64,000 nucleotides of DNA from Sedimentisphaerales bacterium (GTDB lineage: Bacteria; Planctomycetota; Phycisphaerae; Sedimentisphaerales; SM23-30): contig CAXXFK010000001.1 of NCBI GenBank assembly GCA_963663965.2, positions 288,001 through 352,000 on the forward strand, read 5' to 3'. This document shows, piece by piece, positions 1 to 10,410 of this stretch. The notes under the pieces are model-generated. The model was not told the DNA's origin. It searched no databases and saw nothing but the letters and a program-made list of their open reading frames with translations. The translations under genes and the position numbers were made by a program. Numbering within the stretch: position 1 is the stretch's first letter; each line of letters starts with the position of its first letter.

Positions 1-1597
1 CATGCAGAGGCAGTAACTCAGCGACCAGCCAGTTGACCGATTGTTCTGCCACCGGGACATCGCCAATATCGGTCGAGGTTGTTTGCGGTTTATGCTGCCA
101 GAACAGCCAGGTGGCATAGCCAATAACAGCCAACGCTATCAAACGGGTCATACCCCGCCGAACTGCCGGAGTATTGAAATCAACCGCCTTGAGCCCCAGC
201 CAGATGGCAAACGCCACCACCACGCAATACACCGTCAAAGGCACAAACCAGGCCGGAGGAAACAGGCTGATCAGGTAAATACAAACACCCAGCATGACAA
301 AACTGAGTCCCTCTTTCAGCCGGATCATCCAGGTACCGGCCTTGGGAATGCGATTGAGCAACCTGGGAAAAGCCGTTAATAAGACGTAAGGAGCCGCCAT
401 TCCTACTCCCACCATCAGGAATACTCCAATGGTAACCGGCGTGGGACGACTGAGCGACCAGACCAGTACCGGCCCCAGTAGCGGCGCGCTGCACGGCGTT
501 GCCAGCAAAGTTGCCATGATCCCCATGCCCAGCGATCCGGCATAGCCCTGTTTCACAATGCCGACATTAGTCATCTTCGCCGGTAGAACAATCTCAAACA
601 GCCCCATCATGGACAAAGTTAAAATAAATATAATGCCCAGCATGATGAATTTAAAGACATCGCTCTGAAATTGCTGGCCGTAGAAAAGCTTAAAACCGCT
701 CATGACTGCCGCCAGAATCACAAAGACCAGGATAATCCCAATGCTGAAAACCAGTGAGAGTTTCAACGATTTGAATTTATCGCCGGTGCCATCGCCGGAC
801 TGGGCCTGCTGAATAATAGACAGGACTTTTAACGGGATCACCGGCAGTACACACGGCATGATATTCAATATTAAGCCGGCGATAAACGCCAGTAAAATAG
901 CCTTGAATCCGGTCATGGTCATCCCGCTGAATTCGACCGGTTGATAATCCGGAATCGCCACAGATGGAACGGTTGTTTCAGTCGATTCACTGGTATCACT
1001 GGTCTCAGGTTGCACCGACTCAACTGTTTTTGCGGGCTTTTCAGGTTCCAGCCATTCAACCAAGGACAGATCCAGATTTTTGAACAGGGCATCTTCTGAA
1101 GCCACCGATTCGGTAGCAATTTTCAATTCATACTGGCTATTGGTCTCCCAGGGAATACAACTGCCATCGTCGGTACAATACAGACCATTAAACGCCAGAT
1201 CGATCTTCAAGCTGTCCCGGGCATCCACTGGCACTTCCAACGGCAGATAAATGGTCACCTTGCCTTCATAGATATGGTTGGAAGCATTCAATAATTTATC
1301 GACGTAACGTTTACCAACAGGATAAACAGGTTTACCAAACTTAACACCTGGCGCCGAGGGTTTCACTTCGGTATCAATCCCCAGATCACCCTGACGAGGA
1401 TTGGCGTATAAATGGCCGCTTGCTGGAAGGTCCAGTTGTATCGCCAGAAACAGTTGCTGACCTGGAGCGGCCGGTGAATACTGGGCGCTGGTATTAATTC
1501 CAATTTTCACCCCCGCGCCGTATTGGCCGTATAGCGGGACCGCAATAACGATCAACACCAATAATATCAATAAGTTATACGATTTTTTCTGAATCAT
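1..1597 (-). CDS. dsbD: Protein-disulfide reductase DsbD (N-terminal Ig-like domain plus CcdA transmembrane domain); 3' end lies outside the window
   Basis: Manual translation from ATG 1597 gives a signal peptide (MIQKKSYNLLILLVLIVIAVPLYG), GHLYANP and YCTDDGSCIP in the N-domain, then a TM domain with LNIMPCVLPVIP, LATPCSAP and PKAGTWM. It is absent from the ORF track because no stop occurs in the window. Confidence 0.9.
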   Translation of the reverse strand, partial: MIQKKSYNLLILLVLIVIAVPLYGQYGAGVKIGINTSAQYSPAAPGQQLFLAIQLDLPASGHLYANPRQGDLGIDTEVKPSAPGVKFGKPVYPVGKRYVDKLLNASNHIYEGKVTIYLPLEVPVDARDSLKIDLAFNGLYCTDDGSCIPWETNSQYELKIATESVASEDALFKNLDLSLVEWLEPEKPAKTVESVQPETSDTSESTETTVPSVAIPDYQPVEFSGMTMTGFKAILLAFIAGLILNIMPCVLPVIPLKVLSIIQQAQSGDGTGDKFKSLKLSLVFSIGIILVFVILAAVMSGFKLFYGQQFQSDVFKFIMLGIIFILTLSMMGLFEIVLPAKMTNVGIVKQGYAGSLGMGIMATLLATPCSAPLLGPVLVWSLSRPTPVTIGVFLMVGVGMAAPYVLLTAFPRLLNRIPKAGTWMIRLKEGLSFVMLGVCIYLISLFPPAWFVPLTVYCVVVAFAIWLGLKAVDFNTPAVRRGMTRLIALAVIGYATWLFWQHKPQTTSTDIGDVPVAEQSVNWLVAELLPLH

Positions 1598-2108
1598 GAA
1601 TCGCTCTCCTGATTATGCTCAATTTTGACTGCTTACTTAATATACTATCCCCTCCAATTCAAGAAAACGTAATTTCCCGGTAAAAATTAATTATGTCTCA
1701 GGCCTCCTACATTTTTATCCACATATCCTCTTGCTAACAAATCACTTAAGACATGCCTATTTCTAAATCTTTCAAGCCGGACTCCATTACGCTATCAATC
1801 GGATCGATATCATGCCTTCTTCCAGCATGATTCATCCTACTATCATTCATTATGAAATATTATCGTTATGCGAACGGTTAGCATTACATGCGGAACACTA
1901 TTTTAATCGGTGACTTGAAAATACCTGATTTGTGAAAGACAAACTACTCGATGTTTGCCATGAATGTCATTTCGACTAAAGTAATACAGAGATTCCCTTA
2001 AGTGTTCTTACCCCGCGGTTACTACCCAAATTTATTCAAATGTCGAACTCGTTTTATGCCAGTCAGAAGAAAAACAACGTGTGAACAAGTGGGTTTAATA
2101 ATGACAAG

Positions 2109-3583
2109 TCATTTGCTTTTTATCATATAACTGTCAGCCATATCGCTTTTATGGAGACCGCCTGTTTCAGCTTCAGGCAGACAGGGCCGAACGTAATCAA
2201 CCGTAGCCTGGGCATCAGAAACGGAAACCCGCAAATACCCCGAATTGGGCAGGATATTGCCAGCGGCATAGCCGTAACTAATCGCCTGTCCAACATTCTT
2301 GAAATTCGAATGACTGGGTTGGGGAACATAGACTGATAAATAATCCCGTCAAGTTCCTGTTTTGCATAAAAATGGTCATGTCCGTGAAAAAAGATCGTTA
2401 CATGGTTGTCTGTCATAAGCTGATGAACCGGTTTGTTCCAACCGGTTCTTTTTGCATCAAAACCCCACGTGCCATCTTTATTAAAGCCACCCATCTCATA
2501 ATATTTAACCCATTCAATTCCGCCCCGCCCCTCCTCACCTCCACCGACCAGATGATGGCAGAACACAAACTTGAATTTTGCCTCGCTTTTTCCAAGGGTT
2601 TCTTTGAACCAGTCATATTGCTGCTTTCCGAGCGTCCAACCCCAGTTATCGATAGCCTTGCCTGGTTTTTTAACAGTGTACCAATATGGATCGAGCACAA
2701 CAAACAGAGCATCTCCCCATGTCCAGGCATAATAATCTTCGGGGAAGCCCACATGTTTTTCCACGGTGCTATTGCCAGAATAGAAATCGTCCGGCCGGGG
2801 ATTGGGAAAATATATTTTTCTGTTTTTGGCTGCCTGAACGGTGATATTATTTTCTGTTCCATCCAGTTTCCATCCACTTTCACCGTCATGATTGCCAAGA
2901 ACCAGATAAAGTGGAACAGAATGAGTGATAAGGCTAAAAAAACCTCTTTGCATCAAATATCTGTTTTGGATTTTACGGTTATTCATTTCACCAAGTTTAT
3001 CGGTCATAAAAGTATCGCCCAGATCAATCATAAAGTCTGGGGTATCGGCAAGCTCGTTTGACAGAGTTCTTTTATATAGCTCTATATCGGATTGCTCATC
3101 AAGGTGGGAATCAGCCTGTACTACGAAACAAAAATCACTGCCTTGAGTTCTGCATGTGTGAAAATTATATTGCGATGAAGCGGTAAAATCACCTTCCGTT
3201 GTATTTTTTATGAGAACACGATAATTGTATCTTGAATTAGATTTAAGTCCATTGATTGTTATGTTTTCAGCGTGATGAGCCGACAACTTGTAGATACTGG
3301 TTTTGTCGCTGTACTTTGAATTGCACAGCCCATACTCAATATAGAACTCCATATCGTCAGGAGCATATACATTCAGTGTAATTGAACTATCTGTAGGTTT
3401 TCCACAAACAATCCCCTGCGGCATTTCAATCAACAAAAGACCTTGGTCAGATTTATAGTCAGGTTTTTTTCTTCCTTGTACTGGTTTATTGTTCTCTTTT
3501 GAAAATACATTACTGGTCATTATAAATGATACAACAGCCCATATCAGGAAAACGGTAAGAACTGTTTTGGTATTTCGATTCAG
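2109..3583 (-). CDS. Secreted FN3 + calcineurin-like metallophosphoesterase (purple-acid-phosphatase-like), paralog A; one frameshift near 2330
   Basis: Motifs ADSH, GDTF, GNHDGE, FCHH and HGHDH. The C-terminus continues in another frame (VPQPSH...GYLRVSVS...VDYVRP...MIKSK*, stop at 2109). The start is uncertain (CTG 3583 or ATG 3625). Confidence 0.85.
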
Positions 3584-3587
3584 AAAT

Positions 3588-5049
3588 TCACCTTGCAATT
3601 GTGTAGCTATATGCCAATTCACCATTTTTGTGCCGATCCGTTTCGTCTCTGGGCAGCCAGGATCTGAGGTAATCCACTTTAACCTGTTCTGGCGAAACGG
3701 TAATTTTCAGATATCCGGTACCCGGCAACTTTACGCCCGATTTATAGGCCTGCTCGTTGTTTGTTACATATTGCGGATTAGCAGGGTCTGGCAGAGTTTG
3801 GTAGACCACTCCGTCAAGTTCCTGTTTTGCAAAGATGTGATCATGACCTTGAAAGAAAATCGTTACATTATTTTTTGCCATAAGCTGATGGATCGGCAAT
3901 TCCCATCCGGGACGTTTCTGGTCAAACTCCGATTGACCCTGCCTGTTTCTACCCCCCCCATTCGTATAGATCGGCTTGCTCAATACCGCCTCTGCCGGTT
4001 CCAAGAACATGGTGAGTGAAGACAAACTTGTACTTTGCCTTGCTTTGCTCAAGGGTCTGTTTGAACCATTTATACTGAGTATCACCGAGGGTGATTGCCC
4101 ACATATCGCGTCCCTTCGGTCTCGGACCTCCGCCAAAGACATTGTCCACCGGGTCAGCGCTGTGCCAGTAAGGATCGATCACAACCAATAAGGCGTCACC
4201 CCAGGTCCAGGCGTAGTAGTCTCTTAATTTGCCGATAAATTCCACCGGTTCCATATCGCCGGTATAAAAACCATCAGGGGCCGGTTGCGGATAATACAAA
4301 TTGCGGGCATTTTGCGCCCAGACGGCAACGCTGTTTGGCGTGCCGTCCAGATTGCAGGCCGCGGCCTGCTCGTGGTTGCCGTTCACTAGAAAAATTGGCG
4401 ATGAGTGTCCAACCAACCCCAGGAATGGACGTTGAAGAAGATAACGTCCGGTAACGGTCTGGGCATTGACGATTCTTAATGTATCGACGCTGAAATCATC
4501 ACCGATTGTCATATAAAAATCAGGGTGTTCAGAAACGGCGTTAAGCAGAGTTCTGGCATATAATTCAGGGGCGTTTTGATGTGGTCGTTCGGGATGAGAA
4601 TCGCCCTGTATGGCAAAACTAAAATTGCTTCCAGGCGGCCGCTGTGTGTGAAAGCTGTATTCAGAAAAAGATTGCACCAACCGATTGCCATGAAATCTGT
4701 AGAAGTAAAGCGTGTTGGACGTCAAATTGTCAAGAACAACTGTTGTCGGTTTTCCAGCCGGTATCTCAAAAGCGTCTGTTTTATTGGTATATTGGCCGGA
4801 ATAGGTGCCATACTCTATATAACCATTCAAGTTCTCCACAGACAGGACGCTGACAATCACCGACTTGTCTGTGGGGCAGCCCAGTAGAAAAGACAACTGA
4901 GCTGTTTTTGTTGCTTCTGCAGGCAGTGCAAACTCTCGCGGATTCTTATCCCCGTGTTCATACCGGGCTTTCTCCTCTTTGGCGAAGGCCGGCAGGCAAA
5001 TCACAATGACGGCAATCATCAAAGCCACTGAAACGGTCTGGCGTCTCAT
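3588..5049 (-). CDS. Secreted FN3 + metallophosphoesterase, paralog B; one frameshift at the C8 run near 3952-3959
   Basis: Joins ORFs 3949..5049 and 3588..4142. Signal peptide, motifs GDSH, GDDF, GNHEQ, FTHH and QGHDH. Collinear with paralog A (YYAWTWGDAL, GRGGIE). Confidence 0.87.
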
Positions 5050-6383
5050 TTATCAGTTCCTTTCGGGCTGAAGAAAAAAGTTTCCACATTATTTAGAATC
5101 GGCTGGTCCCGAACCGGGCTTGAATACATGTAATAGGGCGCATTTTGATAACCTTCGAGGTTGCGCAATTTCATTAAAGCGGCTAGCTGCTCTTTCGTAA
5201 GGGTCTGATTGATCCTGGCAAATGCCATGGCATAATGCCATGCCATTTCACCATCCAGTTCACCGTAACGATGCCCCAGGCTCAAAATTTTCGCCTTGTC
5301 CGGCGTCTGGTCATCCATAAACTGACGCAGTTCCTGCGATATACTTTTGCGAACCTCTATCACTTCCGTCAACAATGGCCGCTGTTCATCTACGACTGGG
5401 CTAATCAAAGCTCTTTGCCGCTCATTCAATACCTCATAGAGAAAAGCCTCGCCGCTGTCGCCGGTGACTGAAGTGCTGATATCATAATCCCTTTTCCCCA
5501 TCGCAGGCATATCTTTCATATAAAATCCGCCAAAATAAGTACCATGCCGCTCGGGGCAAAAATAAGTATCCGCTTCAACAGAGCCGGCCGTCCAGCTGAA
5601 AAATTCGCTGACATAAGTCATATAAGCCACATTGAACATCTTGGATTTTCCGCGGCCCTGTTCCCTCATCTTGTCACGTTCATCCATTTCCGGCCATGTA
5701 TTAAAATCGCCGAATTTCATCTTGCCCAAATAAACCTTCTGTTCCGGACTTAAGGATAAATACACTTTTGCCATCGCCTCAGCCCTTTCCAGGCTAAGTT
5801 GTGCGTCAAAAACGAATATCTCAGCCACACAGTTTACAACGGCATCTTTATTAAGTCCGACACTGCCAGATGGAATATGATTATCCCGCTCCATACAGAA
5901 CGCCTTGATCAGAGGCAGCCGCATCATGGCCAGTTTCTCAAGTTGCGGCGCCTGCTTCTGGGCCAGATCCAAAAACATCTGCTTTTGCCGGTCATCGAGT
6001 ATATGCATGACATTTCCTGCCACCCGATTGAGAAAGATCGGATTATGCCCTTTCTGCCGGACGTCGATATCCCGCATATACTGAAATCCAAAGAAATCGC
6101 ATACCTTGCCGGGAGGGATAAACGTGCACGCACCGAAATCACCGGTCAAAAAAGCCAGGCCATTGAATGCGATGGTATGCATTTGCGCCTTATCGCTGAC
6201 CGCCTGCTCGATGGAATACTTATTTTGCGGTTCTTTGTTGCCACCTCTACCTTCATTTTTTTGCTGACGATAATTCTGTCTCGGGGGATTATTATCAGCA
6301 AGACAGGTTTCAGATACCAAGAAAATCGAAAACAAACATATAAACATCTTTATAATGCAATTTTTATTAAAACCTGTTTTCAT
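5046..6383 (-). CDS. Secreted protein of unknown function with a two-fold internal repeat and Spy/CpxP-like LTxxQ motifs
   Basis: 451-aa ORF with likely start MKTG at 6383 after AAGGA. Signal peptide; repeats GDFGACTFIPPGKVCDFFGFQYMRD and GSVEADTYFCPERHGTYFGGFYMKD; motifs LDDRQ, LSPEQ, LNERQ, LTKEQ. The stop overlaps the next ATG (ATGA). Confidence 0.75.
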   Translation of the reverse strand: MKTGFNKNCIIKMFICLFSIFLVSETCLADNNPPRQNYRQQKNEGRGGNKEPQNKYSIEQAVSDKAQMHTIAFNGLAFLTGDFGACTFIPPGKVCDFFGFQYMRDIDVRQKGHNPIFLNRVAGNVMHILDDRQKQMFLDLAQKQAPQLEKLAMMRLPLIKAFCMERDNHIPSGSVGLNKDAVVNCVAEIFVFDAQLSLERAEAMAKVYLSLSPEQKVYLGKMKFGDFNTWPEMDERDKMREQGRGKSKMFNVAYMTYVSEFFSWTAGSVEADTYFCPERHGTYFGGFYMKDMPAMGKRDYDISTSVTGDSGEAFLYEVLNERQRALISPVVDEQRPLLTEVIEVRKSISQELRQFMDDQTPDKAKILSLGHRYGELDGEMAWHYAMAFARINQTLTKEQLAALMKLRNLEGYQNAPYYMYSSPVRDQPILNNVETFFFSPKGTDK

Positions 6384-6454
6384 GGCTATTCCTTTTTTCA
6401 TTGGCGAGCTGAATCATAGATAACTTATGGCGTTTATTGCCAATTCTGTTTATA

Positions 6455-6535
6455 ATTGCCTGACCGATATGGATCGGGGACAAAAATATCGAAAAATATT
6501 AAATAATTGTCCCCGCAGAAGAACTTTGCAACAAT
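6455..6535. promoter_or_regulatory. Pair of divergent putative ECF-sigma promoters, TTGTCCCCG-N16-CAAT
   Basis: Plus strand: TGTCCCCG 6508-6515, 16 nt, CAAT 6532-6535. Minus strand: TGTCCCCG 6482-6475, 16 nt, CAAT 6458-6455. Same motif and spacing on both strands. Confidence 0.7.
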
Positions 6536-6570
6536 ATATTGGAAACAGCTGGTTTTGCAGAAATTCGCTT

Positions 6571-7125
6571 ATGATGAAAAAAATCCATAGAAATCAGGCC
6601 AAAGCGATCTTCGAGATTCTTATTCGAGAGAACGAGGCCATGCTGATGACCTATCTGCGGGCTGTAATACGCGATAGATCTACCATAGACGACCTGTTCC
6701 AGGAGACGATGCTTGTCGCATGGCAAAAGCTTAATGAATATGACAGGACCAGGCCATTTGGACCGTGGTTGCGAGGTATTGCCTCAAAACTTGTAATGGT
6801 TTATTTCCGCAAAGTGAAATCAGATATTATGATTTTCGAAAGCGAAACCCTGGAATACCTCGACCGCCAGTTGGAGCTTATCAGTGAAAATCCCGGTGAT
6901 ACCTGGAATGAAAAGATTTCGGCCTTATCGCATTGCATTGAGACGTTATCTGATCATTATCGGCAAGCAATACATCTTCGTTATTTTGAGCATAATTCTA
7001 TATTGCAGATTGCATCCGTCTCAAATACCGCAGTTGAAACCATCAAAAAGCGTCTTCAAAGGGCAAGGGCACAATTGTTTAATTGCCTGAGACATAAAAA
7101 GATAGTTATGGAGCCCCCCTTATGA
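6571..7125 (+). CDS. ECF-subfamily RNA polymerase sigma factor
   Basis: Region 2 (DDLFQETMLVAW, FGPWLRGIA) and region 4 (IHLRYFE...TIKKRLQRAR). Start placed at ATG 6571, downstream of the promoter motif. Confidence 0.93.
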   Translation: MMKKIHRNQAKAIFEILIRENEAMLMTYLRAVIRDRSTIDDLFQETMLVAWQKLNEYDRTRPFGPWLRGIASKLVMVYFRKVKSDIMIFESETLEYLDRQLELISENPGDTWNEKISALSHCIETLSDHYRQAIHLRYFEHNSILQIASVSNTAVETIKKRLQRARAQLFNCLRHKKIVMEPPL

Positions 7126-8176
7126 TAACGGAATTCAATAACCATGAATATGACGATATTGATGAATTAACCGGCGAGTGGTTTGATAGTGATCCGGAAG
7201 ATTCTTTAAATTCTAATACTTTCCAGGTTAAAAGATACTTTGATAAAAAGCAAATTCGTCGGGCTTCCGAATTACAACTTATTCATTCACTACTTTTGCA
7301 GTTAGCCGACAGAGATGAAGTAGCAAAAGAACGCAGAATACTGAATCTGATGCAGAAGATTGACACGGATATAAAGATTTCTGAACTATTTTATCGTGTG
7401 AACCGACCTCGCATTCGCTATGGAATTGCTACGGTATTCATTATATTGATGGTATTCTTGTTTACACAACTTCCAGGCAATACCGCCCTGGCTGCGATTA
7501 ACAAAATGATCGTTGCAATCGACAATGCAGGAGACCGCACCTATTCAATTCGTGTTGAGGATAGTCAAAAAGGCCGTCAACACACCCAACCCGATCCATC
7601 ACAACAGAGGAAAGAAAAAGAAGGCGAACAAGCGGAACTCGATGGGGCCACCCTTTACCTGAGAGGCAATCATCAGTTCGTGTTGTATCGTTCAACACCA
7701 TCTGGTAAAACTGTGATCAATGGCAGCGATGGACAAACTAACTGGCATATCCGTCCCGATAAACCCGTATTAGTCAGCAATAACCCGGAAGCATTTCGGA
7801 TTCCGATGCCGCCGGAATTAACGGCAATATTATCGCTTGATTTAAAATCCACCCTGATTCATATCCGCAACCACTACAAGGTCAAATATCTCACAGACAT
7901 TAGCGATGATCCAAAAAACGCATCACAAATGGATATATTTGGACACGCAAAAAATCAGCAAAAATTTCCCTGGTCCGAAAAACATTATAATCCGGGCAGA
8001 TTCGATCACGGGGCTTTTACTAAGAATTGAATTTATAAATGTTCACCTGCAAGGCAATCCGTCACCCAAGATATTGATTATTGAATTAAAAAAAACAAAC
8101 CCTGTTACCTGATAATTGGTTTACCAGACAAGCCCATCATCCTCAGGAGGCCGTAATAAGCTCGGTTCCAGAATAG
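7122..8176 (+). CDS. Putative transmembrane anti-sigma factor with a LolA-like extracytoplasmic domain; two A-run frameshifts (about 7915 and 8090)
   Basis: ATGA overlap with the sigma gene; single TM segment (YGIATVFIILMVFLFTQL); beta-rich C-terminal part (VINGSDGQTNWHIRP). Corrected frames give ...WIYLDTQK...ELKKQTLLPDNWFTRQAHH...VPE* ending at 8176. Confidence 0.7.
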
Positions 8177-8224
8177 CGAGGAATTCATTTCGACCAATAT
8201 AGGGTAAAACCGTTTTAACTTCAG

Positions 8225-8842
8225 TTAATCGTAATCGGCCACCCGATCTCCCGTACGAATCTTATCAACCAACCGGCGGATCTGTTGATCTAATACCCGC
8301 GATTGAGACAGTTCCGGCAAATTGTCTGGATCGAAAAAATCCAGTTCACTGGATTCCAGATTAGCTTTCGGCGCCCCACCGGTAATTTCACAGTGAAAGA
8401 ATACCTTCCAGGCATGATAAGGAAACGGCGGGAGATGTCCTTGTTTTTCCCGATCCAGAAGCGCCAGCAATCCGACAACCCGGCATTGAAATCCGGTTTC
8501 TTCGGCCACTTCCCGCATCACCGCCTGGGCCGGGGTTTCATTGACATCAGCCCATCCTCCCGGTAAGGCCCATCGTCCCTGGTCCATATCTTCACGGATC
8601 AGCATAATCCGGTCACCTCGCAATATCACCGCCCGGGTATCGACCTTGGGGGTAGCATAACCAAATTCCGCAGTCTGCCATCGCAGGATGGTCTCCGGAT
8701 CCAGGCCGGAACCTCCCGCCATAATCTCAGCGGCAATCTGGCCGAGCCGTTCATAACGCTGCCGGTCAAAAGGATCGGAAGCATAATGCCCTCCGATCTG
8801 GCTGATCGATAGCAATTCCCGTGCGATTGTTAGCCAATCCAT
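8225..8842 (-). CDS. Nudix hydrolase with Nudix_N domain (ADP-ribose pyrophosphatase-like)
   Basis: GYATPKVD and Nudix box PGGWADVNETPAQAVMREVAEETG. Confidence 0.92.
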   Translation of the reverse strand: MDWLTIARELLSISQIGGHYASDPFDRQRYERLGQIAAEIMAGGSGLDPETILRWQTAEFGYATPKVDTRAVILRGDRIMLIREDMDQGRWALPGGWADVNETPAQAVMREVAEETGFQCRVVGLLALLDREKQGHLPPFPYHAWKVFFHCEITGGAPKANLESSELDFFDPDNLPELSQSRVLDQQIRRLVDKIRTGDRVADYD

Positions 8843-9110
8843 ACGATGATTCCTGTATTATTCGGTCCAGAAGTTGAAAGGCTCTTGATGTTCCACTGCA
8901 CTATGTCAAATTTATCGAATAAATCAAGTTTTATCCGTTTTAGTACGGGCCGAAAAACCATTGGATCGCCGTTAAATCCCATTTTGTTAGCCAATACAGG
9001 CTTTTTTCGCTTTGATTTTTTACCGATATATCCCTATAATGGCCCTTCTAACTGGGCCGCAATGCCCCAATCTTACATAACTTCATAAAATAAAAGCTTT
9101 TATAATCCTC

Positions 9111-9195
9111 GGAGGAGTGGCCGAGCGGCTAAAGGCGGCGGTCTTGAAAACCGTTGTACCGAAAGGTACCGGGGGTTCGAATCCCTCCTCCTCCG
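9111..9195 (+). tRNA. tRNA-Ser, anticodon TGA; CCA not encoded
   Basis: Acceptor stem GGAGGAG/CTCCTCC plus discriminator G; anticodon arm GCGGT-CTTGAAA-ACCGT; long variable arm GTACC-GAAA-GGTAC; T-loop GTTCGAATC; followed by CTT. Confidence 0.96.
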
Positions 9196-9204
9196 CTTAT
9201 GACT

Positions 9205-9248
9205 GGCATTGTCAGGAGTTGACTGGCAATGCCTTTCTTCTTTTATTT
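9205..9248 (+). terminator. Probable intrinsic terminator after tRNA-Ser
   Basis: GGCATTGTCAG-N7-CTGGCAATGCC followed by TTTCTTCTTTTATTT. Confidence 0.6.
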
Positions 9249-9456
9249 CCAACGGGTTACGCAAATCACTTGAAGCAACTTCAGATTCATCTGGATTGCC
9301 CATTGATGACAGACACTGACTATCAAGGTAAGCCGTTTGGTCTGGATTTGGTCTTGGAATCTCCATGACTCTCTGACCTTTTAGGGTATATGTCTGCAAG
9401 GGCGGGAAGGGTATTAAAGTCTAATCCGTTCTTTAGCAACACTGAGGGGTGAACTT

Positions 9457-10100
9457 TTATTGTCCAATATCAGTCTTAGGAGCATTCTGCGGTTGATATC
9501 GACCTTCAGCGATCATATTGCTTAAATAGGATTGTGCGATTTCATGGCCTTGATCCGCTGCTTTTTTCAGCCATTTTACCGCTTCGGCATCGTCCTGGGG
9601 CAGGTCATGACCTGATGCGTACATCATTCCCAGAATAAGCTGAGCGGCCATCATCCCTTGTTCCGCCGCTTTTTGGTACCATTTCGCCGCCTCATAGCTG
9701 TCTTTCGCAACCCCCTGCCCCTGGCATACATCCAGCCTAAATTATAACAGGCGGAGATATTACCTCCCTCCGCCGCCTTAAGAAATTCCTTTAAGGTCTC
9801 ACCATCATCCTGTAACGCCCCCTGATCCGTGTCAAATCGCACCTCCAGATTATCCCGAACGGCCTTGTCAATAGACGATTTCGAATTCTGTCTTCTCCCA
9901 TTACCTTCGTCTTTTGGTCCCGCAGGCGGCTGTTCTTGACTTGATTTTGATTCATCATCAAGCATATTCCGGTCATATTCTGAAAGTGAAGAAAGAGGGT
10001 TTTGTTTCATACGCTGATTTATAATCAATCCAATCAATACCGTAACAACAAAAACAACCGCCACTATCATAATATATTCCAACGGTAAATCACCTAACAT
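9457..10100 (-). CDS. Membrane-anchored Sel1-like repeat protein; frameshift near 9715
   Basis: N-terminal TM segment, then AAEGGNISACYNLGWMYARG and AQLILGMMYASG...AVKWLKKAADQG split across two ORFs. Confidence 0.85.
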
Positions 10101-10410
10101 ATTTAACCCCCATTAAATATTGATACTAAATCAGGGTATCTTTGTAATTTGATGCTTGCGACAAAAGTTGCTGTTTCCAAGTAAAAAAAGAGTTTATGAC
10201 TCAAAAACAACGCTCCAAAATACTTTTGACGCCGACGTCTAATTTGTTCCTTGATTGGTCTCATTTGTTTTTTTTAGCTTCAAACCTCAATCAGATTCCT
10301 GTTATCCGTGCCAGATAATTTCTGATACCTCTTACACCCTTTTTATGTTCCCCCAAATCGCATATGTAATACCAACATAAATCAACCCTTCTCACTTCAA
10401 AGTGAATAAA

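Noticed and set aside
9100..9399. ORFs 9100..9399 (-) and 9117..9368 (+)
   Set aside because: They overlap tRNA-Ser and are shadow ORFs.
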